Source: Candidatus Wildermuthbacteria bacterium (GTDB lineage Bacteria > Patescibacteriota > Minisyncoccia > Minisyncoccales > UBA10102). Taken from it: a stretch of 64,000 nucleotides of DNA. The stretch is taken from the NCBI GenBank assembly GCA_016186115.1, contig JACPMK010000002.1:200983-264982 (forward strand), given 5' to 3'. The translations under genes and the position numbers were made by a program. A model generated the notes under the pieces. The model had not been told where the DNA came from. It ran no database searches and worked only from the letters and a program-made list of their open reading frames with translations. This document shows positions 45,210 to 55,120 of the stretch, piece after piece; position 1 is the first letter of the stretch, and each line of letters begins with the position of its first letter.

Positions 45210-45291
45210 ATTCTTCCAGTATACAAGATGACAAAGATTCCAACAATCCGTTTACATCCCCGGAGTTTACACCCCCGGGGTGTAAGTGGGG

Positions 45292-45765
45292 TTATTGACC
45301 CTCTTTGTTGCCGGTGCGTTTCCAAAGAACGCGGTCGCCGCCTTTGAGAATATACTGGCTTGCGCCGACTTGCGCGTATTCATCATTCACCCAGAATTGC
45401 CAATACATAGTATTGGTATTGCGCACTCCATTGATACCTTCGATAAATATGCCAACGCCAGGAAAATTTCTTGTATCCAGCTGCACTCCGTGGCGTTGTT
45501 CGACTGCTTTCAATAAATCGAATACAGTGTTTCTCTCCAATACAATTTCTCTGGGAAACGCCTGAACATCACCATTGCCATAGTCGACTTCCAAATCAAC
45601 CGCAATATCACGGCCAAGAAGATTGGCATCCGAATGTGCACCGAGCGGCACTGCTCCAGTGCCAGACACAACAATACCAGTTATCATTCCTGCAGCAAAT
45701 ATTCCCATGAAAGAAACTGCTGCAAGAACATATGGCGAGCGAAATGCATTCGTTACCCTGTTCAT
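45292..45765 (-). CDS. DUF4430-domain protein (transcobalamin beta-domain-like), membrane-anchored
   Basis: From Met MNRVTNAF (ATGA overlap with the upstream stop). The C-terminal part FIEGINGVRN....YWQFWVNDEYAQVGASQYILKGGDRVLW fits DUF4430. Confidence 0.6.
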   Translation of the reverse strand: MNRVTNAFRSPYVLAAVSFMGIFAAGMITGIVVSGTGAVPLGAHSDANLLGRDIAVDLEVDYGNGDVQAFPREIVLERNTVFDLLKAVEQRHGVQLDTRNFPGVGIFIEGINGVRNTNTMYWQFWVNDEYAQVGASQYILKGGDRVLWKRTGNKEGQ

Positions 45766-46343
45766 AAAAATTTTGCAAAATACAAAGATAACCGATGAAT
45801 AGCAAAAAGAAGCACGCCAATGAAAATGCCCAGCCATACCCATTGCATTGCGCTTCCAAAAACGAAATCAGCCGCAGCAAGGAGAACGCTCTGACGCTGT
45901 TCCGCCGCAATTCGGTTTTCGTTTGCAACTGCGTATGGTATTTCCAAACCCGTGCCCGTTGCCAATCCTTCTGGCGAGACGCGCTTTGCAACAATTCTGA
46001 TTTTGCCGGATTCTTCCTGACGCTGCGGTTCTGCCATTGTCAAAAGGATCACCTTTCTTTCTTTTGCATAAAGCGCAAAACGCGCCGGCTGCGCCGAAAT
46101 ATCATACGGCGCGTCTTTTGCAACAGTTACTTCGATCCACTCGGCATCAGAAGAAAAATTAGTCACCAATACTTTTTCTGTATGGGGCCACGACTCTGCC
46201 TTCTGCACCCGAATCTTTGAAGGCGTTACTCCAATGCCGCGTTCTGCAGCATTAACTTTAAAAAATCCAAAAACCAAAAGCAATGCCAATACGCCAACCA
46301 ATACCACTTTCTGTTCTTTCTTTATTCTGTTGGCGTACCCCAT
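45762..46343 (-). CDS. Hypothetical protein with a signal peptide and C-terminal TM helix
   Basis: 193-aa ORF between the two DUF4430-containing genes; no family recognised. Confidence 0.4.
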   Translation of the reverse strand: MGYANRIKKEQKVVLVGVLALLLVFGFFKVNAAERGIGVTPSKIRVQKAESWPHTEKVLVTNFSSDAEWIEVTVAKDAPYDISAQPARFALYAKERKVILLTMAEPQRQEESGKIRIVAKRVSPEGLATGTGLEIPYAVANENRIAAEQRQSVLLAAADFVFGSAMQWVWLGIFIGVLLFAIHRLSLYFAKFL

Positions 46344-48166
46344 AAGATGAGTGTCCCCTGCTTTGACCCAAACGAACTAAACCCAGCGGGAATAGACAAC
46401 GACACATCAAGATGCTCTGACGCGTCGATATCGAGCATTCTTTCAAACGCAGACCAAAGCATTCCTGCAATCTTCAAAAAGAGAAATACGGAATCGCCCT
46501 CCACCTCAGAACGCATCTTCAATTTCTTTTGCCCGGTATTGGTAAGGGTAACTTGCTTTGCCGCGCTGCTGCCGGGATTAAGTTTTCCGAATGCCAAGAA
46601 AGACGGCGATACAGAAAAACCAACATCTGACTTTTCTGGCTCCTCGGGGATATCTCCGAGTTCTGACACCTCAACTGACATCGCAACTGCTCTTGAGACC
46701 CCACCAACAATAACTGAAATAGAATCAGAACGTACACTACCCTCTTTTGTTGCAACAAACTCAAATACGCCATCTTTGGATAACGGAATTTCAAAAGATC
46801 CGTCTTCCAAGGCAATCCATTCTTTTCCATCGAACCAAAGCCGTGAGGCGCCTGCGCCATTCCATTGCGTTCCATCGAATTCTTTCACTACGCCCGACAT
46901 ACTCTCCCCTGTTTTGTATGAGGATTTCCCTTCGGTGAGCTGTATGCGCAAAGGGTTAATTCCCCATTCGCCGTAATACCACAACACCTCTTCACCCACG
47001 GAAAGAGCATATTCTGCTGCTCCGACAGCAGGAGAAACCCACTCGACAAAGTACATCCAGCCCGACATTCCCTGTGCTGCGTCGTTGCCAATACGAGAGA
47101 GATACGGGCCGAAATCCGTTTGTTCAATGCTGTAGGTATAGCCACATTGCTCTGATGCGTTTTTCACCACATCCATTGCGGTTGCCGCATGAACCACGCC
47201 CCTACAGAACAAAGCGCTGGAACCCTCAATCCGAAACGAAACTTCCTGCAACAAGGGCTGCCCCGGAGTTGCAATTTTTTTGATTGGAAAACTATTGCCG
47301 CTCAGTGCAATGAGTGCATCAGCGGTAGCTGCTTTATTATTAAAGTCAGAAGTCTCGGGCTGCACCCACCAAAATCCTCCATCTTGATCTTGGAGCGACA
47401 AAAGATGCTCAACGGGATTGTGCCCATTTATAGTCCATGAATACGGATCTTCACCAAGTTTATTGATGGCAACAATAACCCACGCATCACTGTTTGCATC
47501 AGAAGGCCTCCCAAATTTACTCTGGGGATCATAGGGAAAGCCGCCGTCATCATTTTGGGCACTTTTTATATATGAAATTGCCTTCTGAATCGCGGGGTCT
47601 TCTTTTGCCAGCCCCGCTTCCAAGAGCGCCACTATGGCAATTGCCGCATCATTGGTGTCGCTTGTTCCGCCAACGTTCCACCCCCAGCCGCCATCGCTGT
47701 TTTGATGATCAAGAATAAACTGTTTGGAATTTGCAATGATGAAATCATCCGCCGAAGTTCCCGCAGAACTCAACGCTAAAATTCCCCAGAAATCATCATT
47801 CAACTGATTTGGATCTCCCAGTTGGGTTGTACCTGCAAAGCCCCTGATTTTCTCAATGAAATTTTCTTTTGGGTATGTACGGGGATCTTTCTCGGCGGCA
47901 ACAAGCGCGAGAATTGGTTTTGCATAAGCAATTGCTGTGCTTGCAGAAAAATCTTTGAGATACGAAACATCGACGTCCTCATTCTGATCAACCGCGACAA
48001 ACGCCAATGTAATTCCGGGAGATGTCTCCTGTACGCGCAGATACGCGACCGCATCCGCGACATCGCCGTCAATGGCATCTGCTCTTGTGTCGCCCAACCC
48101 GGCAAACGATGTGCTGATGATAATGAGTATTACAACTATGAAACGAACGAAATACAATGTGTTCAT
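46322..48166 (-). CDS. Secreted alpha/alpha-toroid (prenyltransferase/terpene-cyclase-like repeat) + DUF4430 + Ig-like protein
   Basis: Repeated DGGWGW, DDGGFPY and DQDGGFWW motifs are followed by a DUF4430-like segment (GPYLSRIGNDAAQGMSGWMYFVEWVSPAVGAAEYALSVGEEVLWYYG). The start at Met MNTLYF is preferred but uncertain. Confidence 0.6.
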   Translation of the reverse strand: MNTLYFVRFIVVILIIISTSFAGLGDTRADAIDGDVADAVAYLRVQETSPGITLAFVAVDQNEDVDVSYLKDFSASTAIAYAKPILALVAAEKDPRTYPKENFIEKIRGFAGTTQLGDPNQLNDDFWGILALSSAGTSADDFIIANSKQFILDHQNSDGGWGWNVGGTSDTNDAAIAIVALLEAGLAKEDPAIQKAISYIKSAQNDDGGFPYDPQSKFGRPSDANSDAWVIVAINKLGEDPYSWTINGHNPVEHLLSLQDQDGGFWWVQPETSDFNNKAATADALIALSGNSFPIKKIATPGQPLLQEVSFRIEGSSALFCRGVVHAATAMDVVKNASEQCGYTYSIEQTDFGPYLSRIGNDAAQGMSGWMYFVEWVSPAVGAAEYALSVGEEVLWYYGEWGINPLRIQLTEGKSSYKTGESMSGVVKEFDGTQWNGAGASRLWFDGKEWIALEDGSFEIPLSKDGVFEFVATKEGSVRSDSISVIVGGVSRAVAMSVEVSELGDIPEEPEKSDVGFSVSPSFLAFGKLNPGSSAAKQVTLTNTGQKKLKMRSEVEGDSVFLFLKIAGMLWSAFERMLDIDASEHLDVSLSIPAGFSSFGSKQGTLILWGTPTE

Positions 48167-48299
48167 AAAAATAAAAAACTCCTGGGATGGGAGTAGAGAC
48201 ATTTCCAAATTCACGCCTTCGCTGAATTGGGCTACATGCCTTCGTCCCTCCCTCGAGGGGCGAAAAACAAATCGTGTCTTTCGCGAACCCGCTTTTTGC

Positions 48300-48450
48300 G
48301 GGCTATTCAATGGATAGTGAACAACCGCCAGTCGACCAGACTTACCCTTGCATGCTCTTATACATGAAAGAGATCACTGTTACGGGGTAGTGTGGGAATA
48401 CTTGCAGACCGTATCTGCAAGGTCACCTACTTCCTCTGGCTCGTTATTAT
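48300..48450 (-). promoter_or_regulatory. Candidate cobalamin-riboswitch-like aptamer in the operon leader
   Basis: The minus strand contains AGGAAGUAGGUGA, ACGGUC, CCCACACUAC and AAGUCUGGUCGACUGGCGG. These resemble but do not exactly match the GGGAAG..GGUGA, CACGGUC, CCGCCACUG and B12-box AGUCAGGAGACCUGCC elements. The DUF4430 genes downstream fit the context. Confidence 0.3.
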
Positions 48451-48535
48451 TTTTCGACGTTCTGTATACTGAACCTGTATTTTTATTTGTATTCTGTTCA
48501 GTAACCGTTGTCAAGAACTCCAGAACACATCCCTT

Positions 48536-48997
48536 CTATTCTTTTTTTGTTTTCATGAGCTTTTTCTCGAAGAATCGGAAAGGAGAAAATATCAACAGCG
48601 CCAGCAAAGCAACAAACACCGCAATAATATAGAGTTGAAATCCAACCGCAACTCCTATAGCTGCTACCACCCAAAGTCCTGCAGCTGTTGTAATACCCTC
48701 AACATGAGATTCTCGATGAAGAATAGCTCCTGCGCCGATAAACCCGATGCCAATTGCAACTGCGTAGATCACTCTGCTTGGATCAAAACTCACTCCCGGG
48801 CTTGTGCCCAACGCTTTTAATATTTCGATACCCACAATGGTGAACAGCGCAGACCCCAACGCCACCAAGGCATAGGTTCGCATTCCTGCTTCCTTTCCCT
48901 TCAATTCTCTTTCGATACCTACAAGTCCGCCAAGAACCACGGCCAAAAGCAATTGCAAGAATAGTTCGGGAGACGTTTGCGTAAAAAGATTGGCCAT
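48536..48997 (-). CDS. MgtC/SapB family membrane protein
   Basis: 153-aa ORF with VLGGLVGIERE and GMRTYALVALGSALF motifs. Confidence 0.8.
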   Translation of the reverse strand: MANLFTQTSPELFLQLLLAVVLGGLVGIERELKGKEAGMRTYALVALGSALFTIVGIEILKALGTSPGVSFDPSRVIYAVAIGIGFIGAGAILHRESHVEGITTAAGLWVVAAIGVAVGFQLYIIAVFVALLALLIFSPFRFFEKKLMKTKKE

Positions 48998-49009
48998 AAA
49001 AATAAAGTA

Positions 49010-50653
49010 TCAGTTATGATGCATGATATGAGATATTGCGTATTGCAAGGATGTGCCGACCTTTTTTCGCGGATTAAAAATTCCCTTCGGATCAAAGATT
49101 TCTTTGGTTTTGCGAAAAAGATTGCATACTTCTTTTCCATACATTTGTTTCAAGAATGGCGTACGAATCAATCCATCATTATGTTCTGCGGTAATCGATC
49201 CCCTGTAGCGCATCACCAGATCATACACTTTTTTTGAGAGCGACGGGATGCTGTTTCTCACTTTTGCATCAGTGAGGTCCATCAATGGAATAATATGAAA
49301 ATTCCCATCGCCTGCATGCCCCGCAACGGTGTAAATCAAATCTGGATATTTGGCGAGAATAACATTTAGCTCGGGAAGAAACTTCGGCAGTAGTTCGGGG
49401 CGCACAATGATATCATCAATAAAAGGCGAGCTCTTTTTGTTCTTAACATGATGACGCAAGAGATTGAAGCTCTGTCTGCGAATGGTAAGATATTTTTGCA
49501 CATCGAGGGGTTTTGCTGCGATCCGCGTTTGGATATGAAAATCCGCGATATTCTGCTGCGCTGCCCTTGCCATCTCTTTGGCATTCTTGAGCGAATCAGC
49601 AGTAAACTCTGCCAAGAGTACAAGCTTGGGTAATCCTCCGCTGATCAACATCCGCAATTCCGGCAAAAATTGCCATAATAATGCCAGTATATTTTTTGCT
49701 CCCAAAAGCGAAACGAATTCCAGGAGAAAGCGCAGAACAAGTTTTAGAGTATGATCATCGTACGACTCAAAACTTTCCGGCTTTGATTTAAGAACTCTTC
49801 CTACAATGTCAGCAAGCGGAGATAAATTTTTCAAAAAGATAACCAAAAGCACAGAATGTCTTTTTGCGTCAACAAGCCGTACTTTTGCCTCGGTAATAAT
49901 TCCAAGAGTTCCTTGAGAACCCACCAGAAGTTTCGTCAGGTCGAATATCTCTTTTTCTTTATCCCATACATTCCACAAGAAATATCCTGCGGAATTCTTT
50001 GAAACATTGGGTTTTGCTTTCTGCAAAAGATCCCAGTTCTCATTGATAAGCTTATATATCTTGCTGTAAATTTCTCCTTCCAATCCTTTTTTCCGCAACT
50101 TGGCAGACAATTCTTTTTTTGTGAGAGGGCGGAAGACATATTCGTTGCCGTCGCGCAAAATCACCTTGAGCTCTTCCACGTAGTTTTCTGTTTTTCCGTA
50201 CACCAAACTCTTTTCCCCTCCCGAGTTATTGGCGAGTATGCCGCCGAAAGCGCACATGTCTTTTGAAGCAGGGTATGTTGGAAATAACAAATGATGCCGG
50301 CCGGCCTCTTTTTCAAACACGCGATACAGCAATCCCGGCTCCACTACCGCAGCATGCCCCTCGATTTCTTTCAATTGATTCATGTAGCGGCTGACATCAA
50401 TAATAATCCCTTCATTCAGGGGCCCTCCCGACATATCACTCCCAGCAGATCTGCAGGTTACTGAAAGCTTTTCTTTTGGATGAACATCAATAAAATGGAT
50501 AATCGCTTTGATATCCTCTTTGCCCTTTGGGAACACAACAAGACGCGGCCTGACCTCGAAAATGCTTGCGTCGGTACTGTATTTTTTGAGAGTATTCTCG
50601 TCATCTACAACCTCTCCCCGCACCACACGCTGCAGTTCTTCTTTGATATTCAT
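49010..50653 (-). CDS. FAD-linked oxidase (GlcD/D-lactate dehydrogenase-like)
   Basis: 547-aa ORF with an FAD-binding PCMH-type N-terminal domain (RSAGSDMSGG) and a C-terminal HAGDGNFH motif. Confidence 0.8.
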   Translation of the reverse strand: MNIKEELQRVVRGEVVDDENTLKKYSTDASIFEVRPRLVVFPKGKEDIKAIIHFIDVHPKEKLSVTCRSAGSDMSGGPLNEGIIIDVSRYMNQLKEIEGHAAVVEPGLLYRVFEKEAGRHHLLFPTYPASKDMCAFGGILANNSGGEKSLVYGKTENYVEELKVILRDGNEYVFRPLTKKELSAKLRKKGLEGEIYSKIYKLINENWDLLQKAKPNVSKNSAGYFLWNVWDKEKEIFDLTKLLVGSQGTLGIITEAKVRLVDAKRHSVLLVIFLKNLSPLADIVGRVLKSKPESFESYDDHTLKLVLRFLLEFVSLLGAKNILALLWQFLPELRMLISGGLPKLVLLAEFTADSLKNAKEMARAAQQNIADFHIQTRIAAKPLDVQKYLTIRRQSFNLLRHHVKNKKSSPFIDDIIVRPELLPKFLPELNVILAKYPDLIYTVAGHAGDGNFHIIPLMDLTDAKVRNSIPSLSKKVYDLVMRYRGSITAEHNDGLIRTPFLKQMYGKEVCNLFRKTKEIFDPKGIFNPRKKVGTSLQYAISHIMHHN

Positions 50654-50698
50654 AATGTATCTCTTCCATTGTATAAAGAAATCAGATTTTTTTCTACA

Positions 50699-51256
50699 TT
50701 ATGAATTTTTCAACTGAAATGATTCGAAAATGCGCTGCAATTCTTTTTTACCGTCGGTGCTTTCTGCAAATGCTTTATATGCGACCACCTGAATGATATA
50801 GAGATTGCCTTGTTCCGGATGCTCCCCAAACCCTGACGTGCCATATAACGCATATCCTTCGTTTCCAAACTCCTCGGGAACCGAGATTCCCAGAGGATTT
50901 TCGCAACTATCAACCCTTTCTCCAAACGCAGTAATAAGAGTGGTAAAAAGCACTTCTTTATCTAGTGCTTTACAATCAAATGAAGTGCCGCTCGATTCGG
51001 GAACTTTTGGAAAAATCCCTACAGAGATGAGACGGACTGGAGTATTTTCTCTGCTTGCAACGTAAGTAACCAATGCGGCATTGGAACGGACTTCCTGCGT
51101 TTCCTCTGGTAAAAAAATAGAAAATGTTTTCCCATCGATAACTCCTTGATGGTATCCGGATGAAAGAATCGGCTTTGATCTATACAAAAGATACCCCACT
51201 CCTCCGAGCAGGAAAATTGTGCAAAGAATAAATACGATGGCGTATCTGCGAGACAT
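50699..51256 (-). CDS. Membrane-anchored hypothetical protein
   Basis: 185-aa ORF with an N-terminal TM helix; no family recognised. Confidence 0.4.
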   Translation of the reverse strand: MSRRYAIVFILCTIFLLGGVGYLLYRSKPILSSGYHQGVIDGKTFSIFLPEETQEVRSNAALVTYVASRENTPVRLISVGIFPKVPESSGTSFDCKALDKEVLFTTLITAFGERVDSCENPLGISVPEEFGNEGYALYGTSGFGEHPEQGNLYIIQVVAYKAFAESTDGKKELQRIFESFQLKNS

Positions 51257-51264
51257 AGAAAATA

Positions 51265-51471
51265 TTATTGTTGTATTTCCAATTCTGCTTTCAGTTTTTT
51301 GAATTCATTTTCTGTTTTTTGAAGCTGAGCGCGAATAAATGTAATGAGCTCCACCCCTTCTTTAAATTTCTCCAATCCAAGCTCCACGTCCACATCTTTT
51401 CTGCTCAATTCTTCAATAATTTGTTCGAGCCGCTTTTTCGCTGCTTGAATGGTCTCTTTCTCTTTCGTCAT
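51265..51471 (-). CDS. xseB: Exodeoxyribonuclease VII small subunit
   Basis: From Met MTKEKETIQAAKKRLEQIIEEL...LEKFKEGVEL, an XseB-like helical pattern directly downstream of xseA. Confidence 0.75.
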   Translation of the reverse strand: MTKEKETIQAAKKRLEQIIEELSRKDVDVELGLEKFKEGVELITFIRAQLQKTENEFKKLKAELEIQQ

Positions 51472-51487
51472 ATTTTTCGAATACACA

Positions 51488-52744
51488 TCAATTGGTATCA
51501 ATAATATTCTCGACCTGCGAGCCAACTTCCCCTTGCGAAAATTTCGTAAAAATCTTATCCCCCTTCTTTACATCAGACGCACGCTTGATCACTTTTCTAT
51601 CTTCGCTATATACCACACTGTACCCTCTTTGCAAGATATTCTCGGGATTCAAAGACAAAAGCAAAGAATGAGCTGTCTTGAGTTCGCCTTCAAGTGATTG
51701 AAGGATCGCCTCTTTTGCATAGATCAACTGCATGAAATTATTTTCTATGCGGTGAAACTGCTCGAGAATGCCTCCGAATGTATGATGGAGCCGTTCACCC
51801 ATAGTAGCAATAAGAGAAAGACGTTCCTCAAAAATCTCTTCCGTACGACTCGCGCATGCGCTTGCCAGCTCTTCAACAGTACGCATCAATTCTTCTCTGC
51901 TGGTGCGTAAAAATACCGCGGCTGCTGTGGGAGTAGAACAATTTTTATCGGCAACATCGCCTGCGATTGTTTCATCCTTTTCATGGCCAATGCCGCAAAG
52001 AACAGGGATACGCGAGGTTATAATCGCTTCGGCAATTTTCTCTGAATGAAACACCTTGAGATTTTCAAACCCTCCGCCGCCGCGGATCAATACCAGTACA
52101 TCCATATCCGGCCTGTTTTTATTGAACCATTCAAATGCAGAAGCGATACTTTCCTCTGCCTTCTCCCCTTCCACCCATACGCCGTAGAAAAAAATCTGGA
52201 ATCCGTATTCGCCCAGATTGGTTTTGAAATCAAAAATTGCATCCCCATCTTCGGAAGTAATCAATCCGATCTTTTGTATAAATTCAGGAAGTGCACGTTT
52301 TCTTGCCGGATCAAAATATCCTTTTGCGGCCAGTTTCTTTTTTAACTCTTCCAGCGCTCTTTTCCATGCACCTTCTCCATAGGGTTCAATAGCGTCTAAT
52401 ACAATACTAAAATTGCCAGTTTTGTATAAATTTGGCTTTCCCGTAATCACAACTTCCATGCCTTCTTGCAGTAAATGGTTGAATCTGCCGAATTGCCAGC
52501 CGAATAAAGCGCATTTCAACACAAACTCTTTGCCATTGGAATCTTTCAAATCAAAAAAGGCCATTGCTCCCTTTCTTTTTGCGATGTTGCTTATCTCGCC
52601 CCTCACCTTGAGAATGCCGAGTTTTGAAACCGCTTCATTCACAAGGAAATGGCACTCCTCCACCGACAAAATAACCCGGCCATCCGCATCAACCTCGGGC
52701 TTTCGATACGAACTTGGAACAGATTGAGGAAAATTCTCTTCCAT
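51488..52744 (-). CDS. xseA: Exodeoxyribonuclease VII large subunit
   Basis: 418-aa ORF with an N-terminal OB fold (VRGEISN), RGGGS-like IRGGGGFENL, and a GHE.D motif. Confidence 0.9.
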   Translation of the reverse strand: MEENFPQSVPSSYRKPEVDADGRVILSVEECHFLVNEAVSKLGILKVRGEISNIAKRKGAMAFFDLKDSNGKEFVLKCALFGWQFGRFNHLLQEGMEVVITGKPNLYKTGNFSIVLDAIEPYGEGAWKRALEELKKKLAAKGYFDPARKRALPEFIQKIGLITSEDGDAIFDFKTNLGEYGFQIFFYGVWVEGEKAEESIASAFEWFNKNRPDMDVLVLIRGGGGFENLKVFHSEKIAEAIITSRIPVLCGIGHEKDETIAGDVADKNCSTPTAAAVFLRTSREELMRTVEELASACASRTEEIFEERLSLIATMGERLHHTFGGILEQFHRIENNFMQLIYAKEAILQSLEGELKTAHSLLLSLNPENILQRGYSVVYSEDRKVIKRASDVKKGDKIFTKFSQGEVGSQVENIIDTN

Positions 52745-52851
52745 TTTTTTATTTTCTCATGATTACGCAATACAGGTCAAATGGAAAGAACGCATTTGAC
52801 TAATTGAACGCTATAGCATATAAACCAAGCAGCATAAGAAGGAGGCACAGC

Positions 52852-53757
52852 ATGGTATTTTTTGTATTCACCGCATATCTTGCCGTGGCAGGAAGCGGCC
52901 AGATTTTAATGAAATCCGTAGCCGACGAACTTCCGAGAGCGAAGGCGTTGGCTGTGCAATTCCTATGCGCTGCAATCCTTGGGTGGGCTATAGCCCTTTT
53001 CATGCGCGATATCCGACTAGAACGGGAACTGCTGATCATTGTAGGGGTGGGGTTTATAAACGCATTCGGGGCTTTTGCGCAATGGGAGGCGATAGGAATC
53101 AGTTTGTCAAAAACCGCGATTCTCTATCCCCTCTCGGGGGTTCTTACTGCTGCGCTCGCTGCCTTGTTCTTGAAAGAGGCCGAACTTTACGCAAACAGCT
53201 GGCTTGTCGGAGGAGTTCTATTGCTCTTCGTCGCTGCCTTCTTACTCAACCTAGGCAAGAAAAACAAAAAAAGTAAAGAGGCGAGTGACGAAATTCCTGC
53301 TAAAAAGCGTGTGATCAAGTGGGCCATTGCTATCGCGGCAATGGTGGCGATCTTCGGAATAGTCCAGTTTATGATGAAGGCCTTTGCTGTAGACGGCATT
53401 GGCAAGGTTGCCTTTATTAGCCATTGGTATTCCGGCGCATTTTTGGGATCTCTTGGAATACTGGCTATTGCAGCACTTCGAAAGCAAAAGGATCAAAGAA
53501 AGTTCTTTGGGGAGCATACTTGGAAACTTCCGCTGTTGGCAACTTTTATCTTCCTAAACCTTGGGGCAACCTATTGGGCATTCCAAGTAGCTCCGGCTGG
53601 AGTGGTGGCACCGCTATTCAACTTTGCACAGGCAGTGCTACCAATTGGCATTGGCCTCTTGATTTTTCACGAGAGAAAAGGGCTGAAAATCAGCCATACC
53701 CTTGGATTTCTGCTCGGATTAATGGGAATTCTGGCGATTGCCATCGGATTCTATTGA
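52852..53757 (+). CDS. EamA/DMT-family transporter
   Basis: Ten-TM-like ORF. The ATG at 52852 lies 6 nt after AGGAGG; the ORF-track start at 52804 is less likely. Confidence 0.65.
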   Translation: MVFFVFTAYLAVAGSGQILMKSVADELPRAKALAVQFLCAAILGWAIALFMRDIRLERELLIIVGVGFINAFGAFAQWEAIGISLSKTAILYPLSGVLTAALAALFLKEAELYANSWLVGGVLLLFVAAFLLNLGKKNKKSKEASDEIPAKKRVIKWAIAIAAMVAIFGIVQFMMKAFAVDGIGKVAFISHWYSGAFLGSLGILAIAALRKQKDQRKFFGEHTWKLPLLATFIFLNLGATYWAFQVAPAGVVAPLFNFAQAVLPIGIGLLIFHERKGLKISHTLGFLLGLMGILAIAIGFY

Positions 53758-53775
53758 ATAAGAACCAGCCAAGAA

Positions 53776-53797
53776 GGGCGCATCCAAGGATGCGCCC
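53776..53797. terminator. Bidirectional hairpin between convergent genes
   Basis: GGGCGCATCC-aa-GGATGCGCCC, a perfect 10-nt palindromic pair, lies between the EamA stop and the prmC stop. Confidence 0.55.
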
Positions 53798-54571
53798 TTA
53801 TGATTTATGGTCTTCGGCAACAGCATACCTCCATTTGCCGTATTGGTCGCGGAAGAATGCAAAATGCTCCCAGCCGAATTTATGCAACAATTTTGCGATG
53901 GCATTTTTCTGAAAAGAATCAAATTCCATGTATAATTTGCCCCCCGGCGCGAGATGGTCCTGTGCCCTCTGCAACAGTACACGTATATAGCGCAAACCGT
54001 CTTTACCGCCAAAGAGCGCGCTCTTTGGCTCCCATTGCAATACTGATTTTTGCACTCTGTTTTTTCTTGATTCTGCAATATACGGCGGATTTGCAAAAAT
54101 ATAATCGTATTTTCCGGCTATATTTGAAAAAACATTTGATTGCAAAATTCTATATCTCTTGGAATCAATGCGATTTATCTCTGCATTGATCTTTATTTGT
54201 TCTCCAAATTTCTTGCTCTTCTCCACAAAATCCAATACTGCATGAGGAACGTGTTTGAGTATCGCAATGCCAACACAGCCAGAACCAGCGAACAAATCCA
54301 AAACTTGTATTTTGTATTTAGTGTTTGATATTTGGTATTTTATCTCTTCAACAACTCGCTCAACCCAGTATTCGGTTTCGGGGCGAGGAATAAAAGGCCC
54401 TTTCGATAAATCGATTTTACAGCCGAGAAACTGTACAGAGCCAATAACATAATCAAGCGGCTCCCCTGCTTTGAGCCGCTCTATATCTTTTTGGGCTTCT
54501 CTCGTCATTCTGCCGCCGTATTTCTCTTCCAGAAGCCAACAAATCTCTCGCTGTAAATTTCTTTTGCTCAA
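53798..54571 (-). CDS. prmC: Release-factor glutamine N5-methyltransferase
   Basis: 257-aa ORF with a SAM motif (LDLFAGSGC) and the NPPY motif (FANPPYI). Confidence 0.85.
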   Translation of the reverse strand: MSKRNLQREICWLLEEKYGGRMTREAQKDIERLKAGEPLDYVIGSVQFLGCKIDLSKGPFIPRPETEYWVERVVEEIKYQISNTKYKIQVLDLFAGSGCVGIAILKHVPHAVLDFVEKSKKFGEQIKINAEINRIDSKRYRILQSNVFSNIAGKYDYIFANPPYIAESRKNRVQKSVLQWEPKSALFGGKDGLRYIRVLLQRAQDHLAPGGKLYMEFDSFQKNAIAKLLHKFGWEHFAFFRDQYGKWRYAVAEDHKS

Positions 54572-54757
54572 TTATTTAATACCCAGATACTCCCCGGCAT
54601 GAAGATGAGGGGCAATCCGGCCGAGCTTTTTTACTACATCCTCTTTTTGTTCCTTGGTCTTTGCAGCAGCAAACTGCTTTCGTAGTTTTCGCAGTTTTGC
54701 CTTAAGCTGCTGCTTGCGACGAATGACGAATTTTCTTCTTCTAACAGATATTTTCAT
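54572..54757 (-). CDS. Small highly basic protein
   Basis: From Met MKISVRRRKFVIRRKQQLKAKLRKLRKQF... (61 aa), abutting the prmC start; function unknown. Confidence 0.4.
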   Translation of the reverse strand: MKISVRRRKFVIRRKQQLKAKLRKLRKQFAAAKTKEQKEDVVKKLGRIAPHLHAGEYLGIK

Positions 54758-55120
54758 ACTTGTTGTATACCAGAGGAGCTCGAAAAAATCAAGACATAAA
54801 AAAATCCCGCCCCGGTTCCTCTGAAAGGAAAGGCCGAAGCGAGATTGCATAGTAACCAGTACCTAGCAAAACCTTGGAAGGTTTTTGAGAGATATGAAGT
54901 TGTAGAATAATGAGTATTTTCCGTCTTAAGTATCGTCGTACAGATAAAGCATTGCAGAAAAACTTCTGCGGTATTGCGCCAAACGTATTGCGTTGCGCAG
55001 TATTTCCAAAATTCGCTTTACCATAAATAAATACATTAATTGAGTATAGAAACGACCTTGAAAGAAGCAGCACTTCTTATCCCTATCTATCTTTACTAAC
55101 CAATCTCCATAAAAAAGGTT

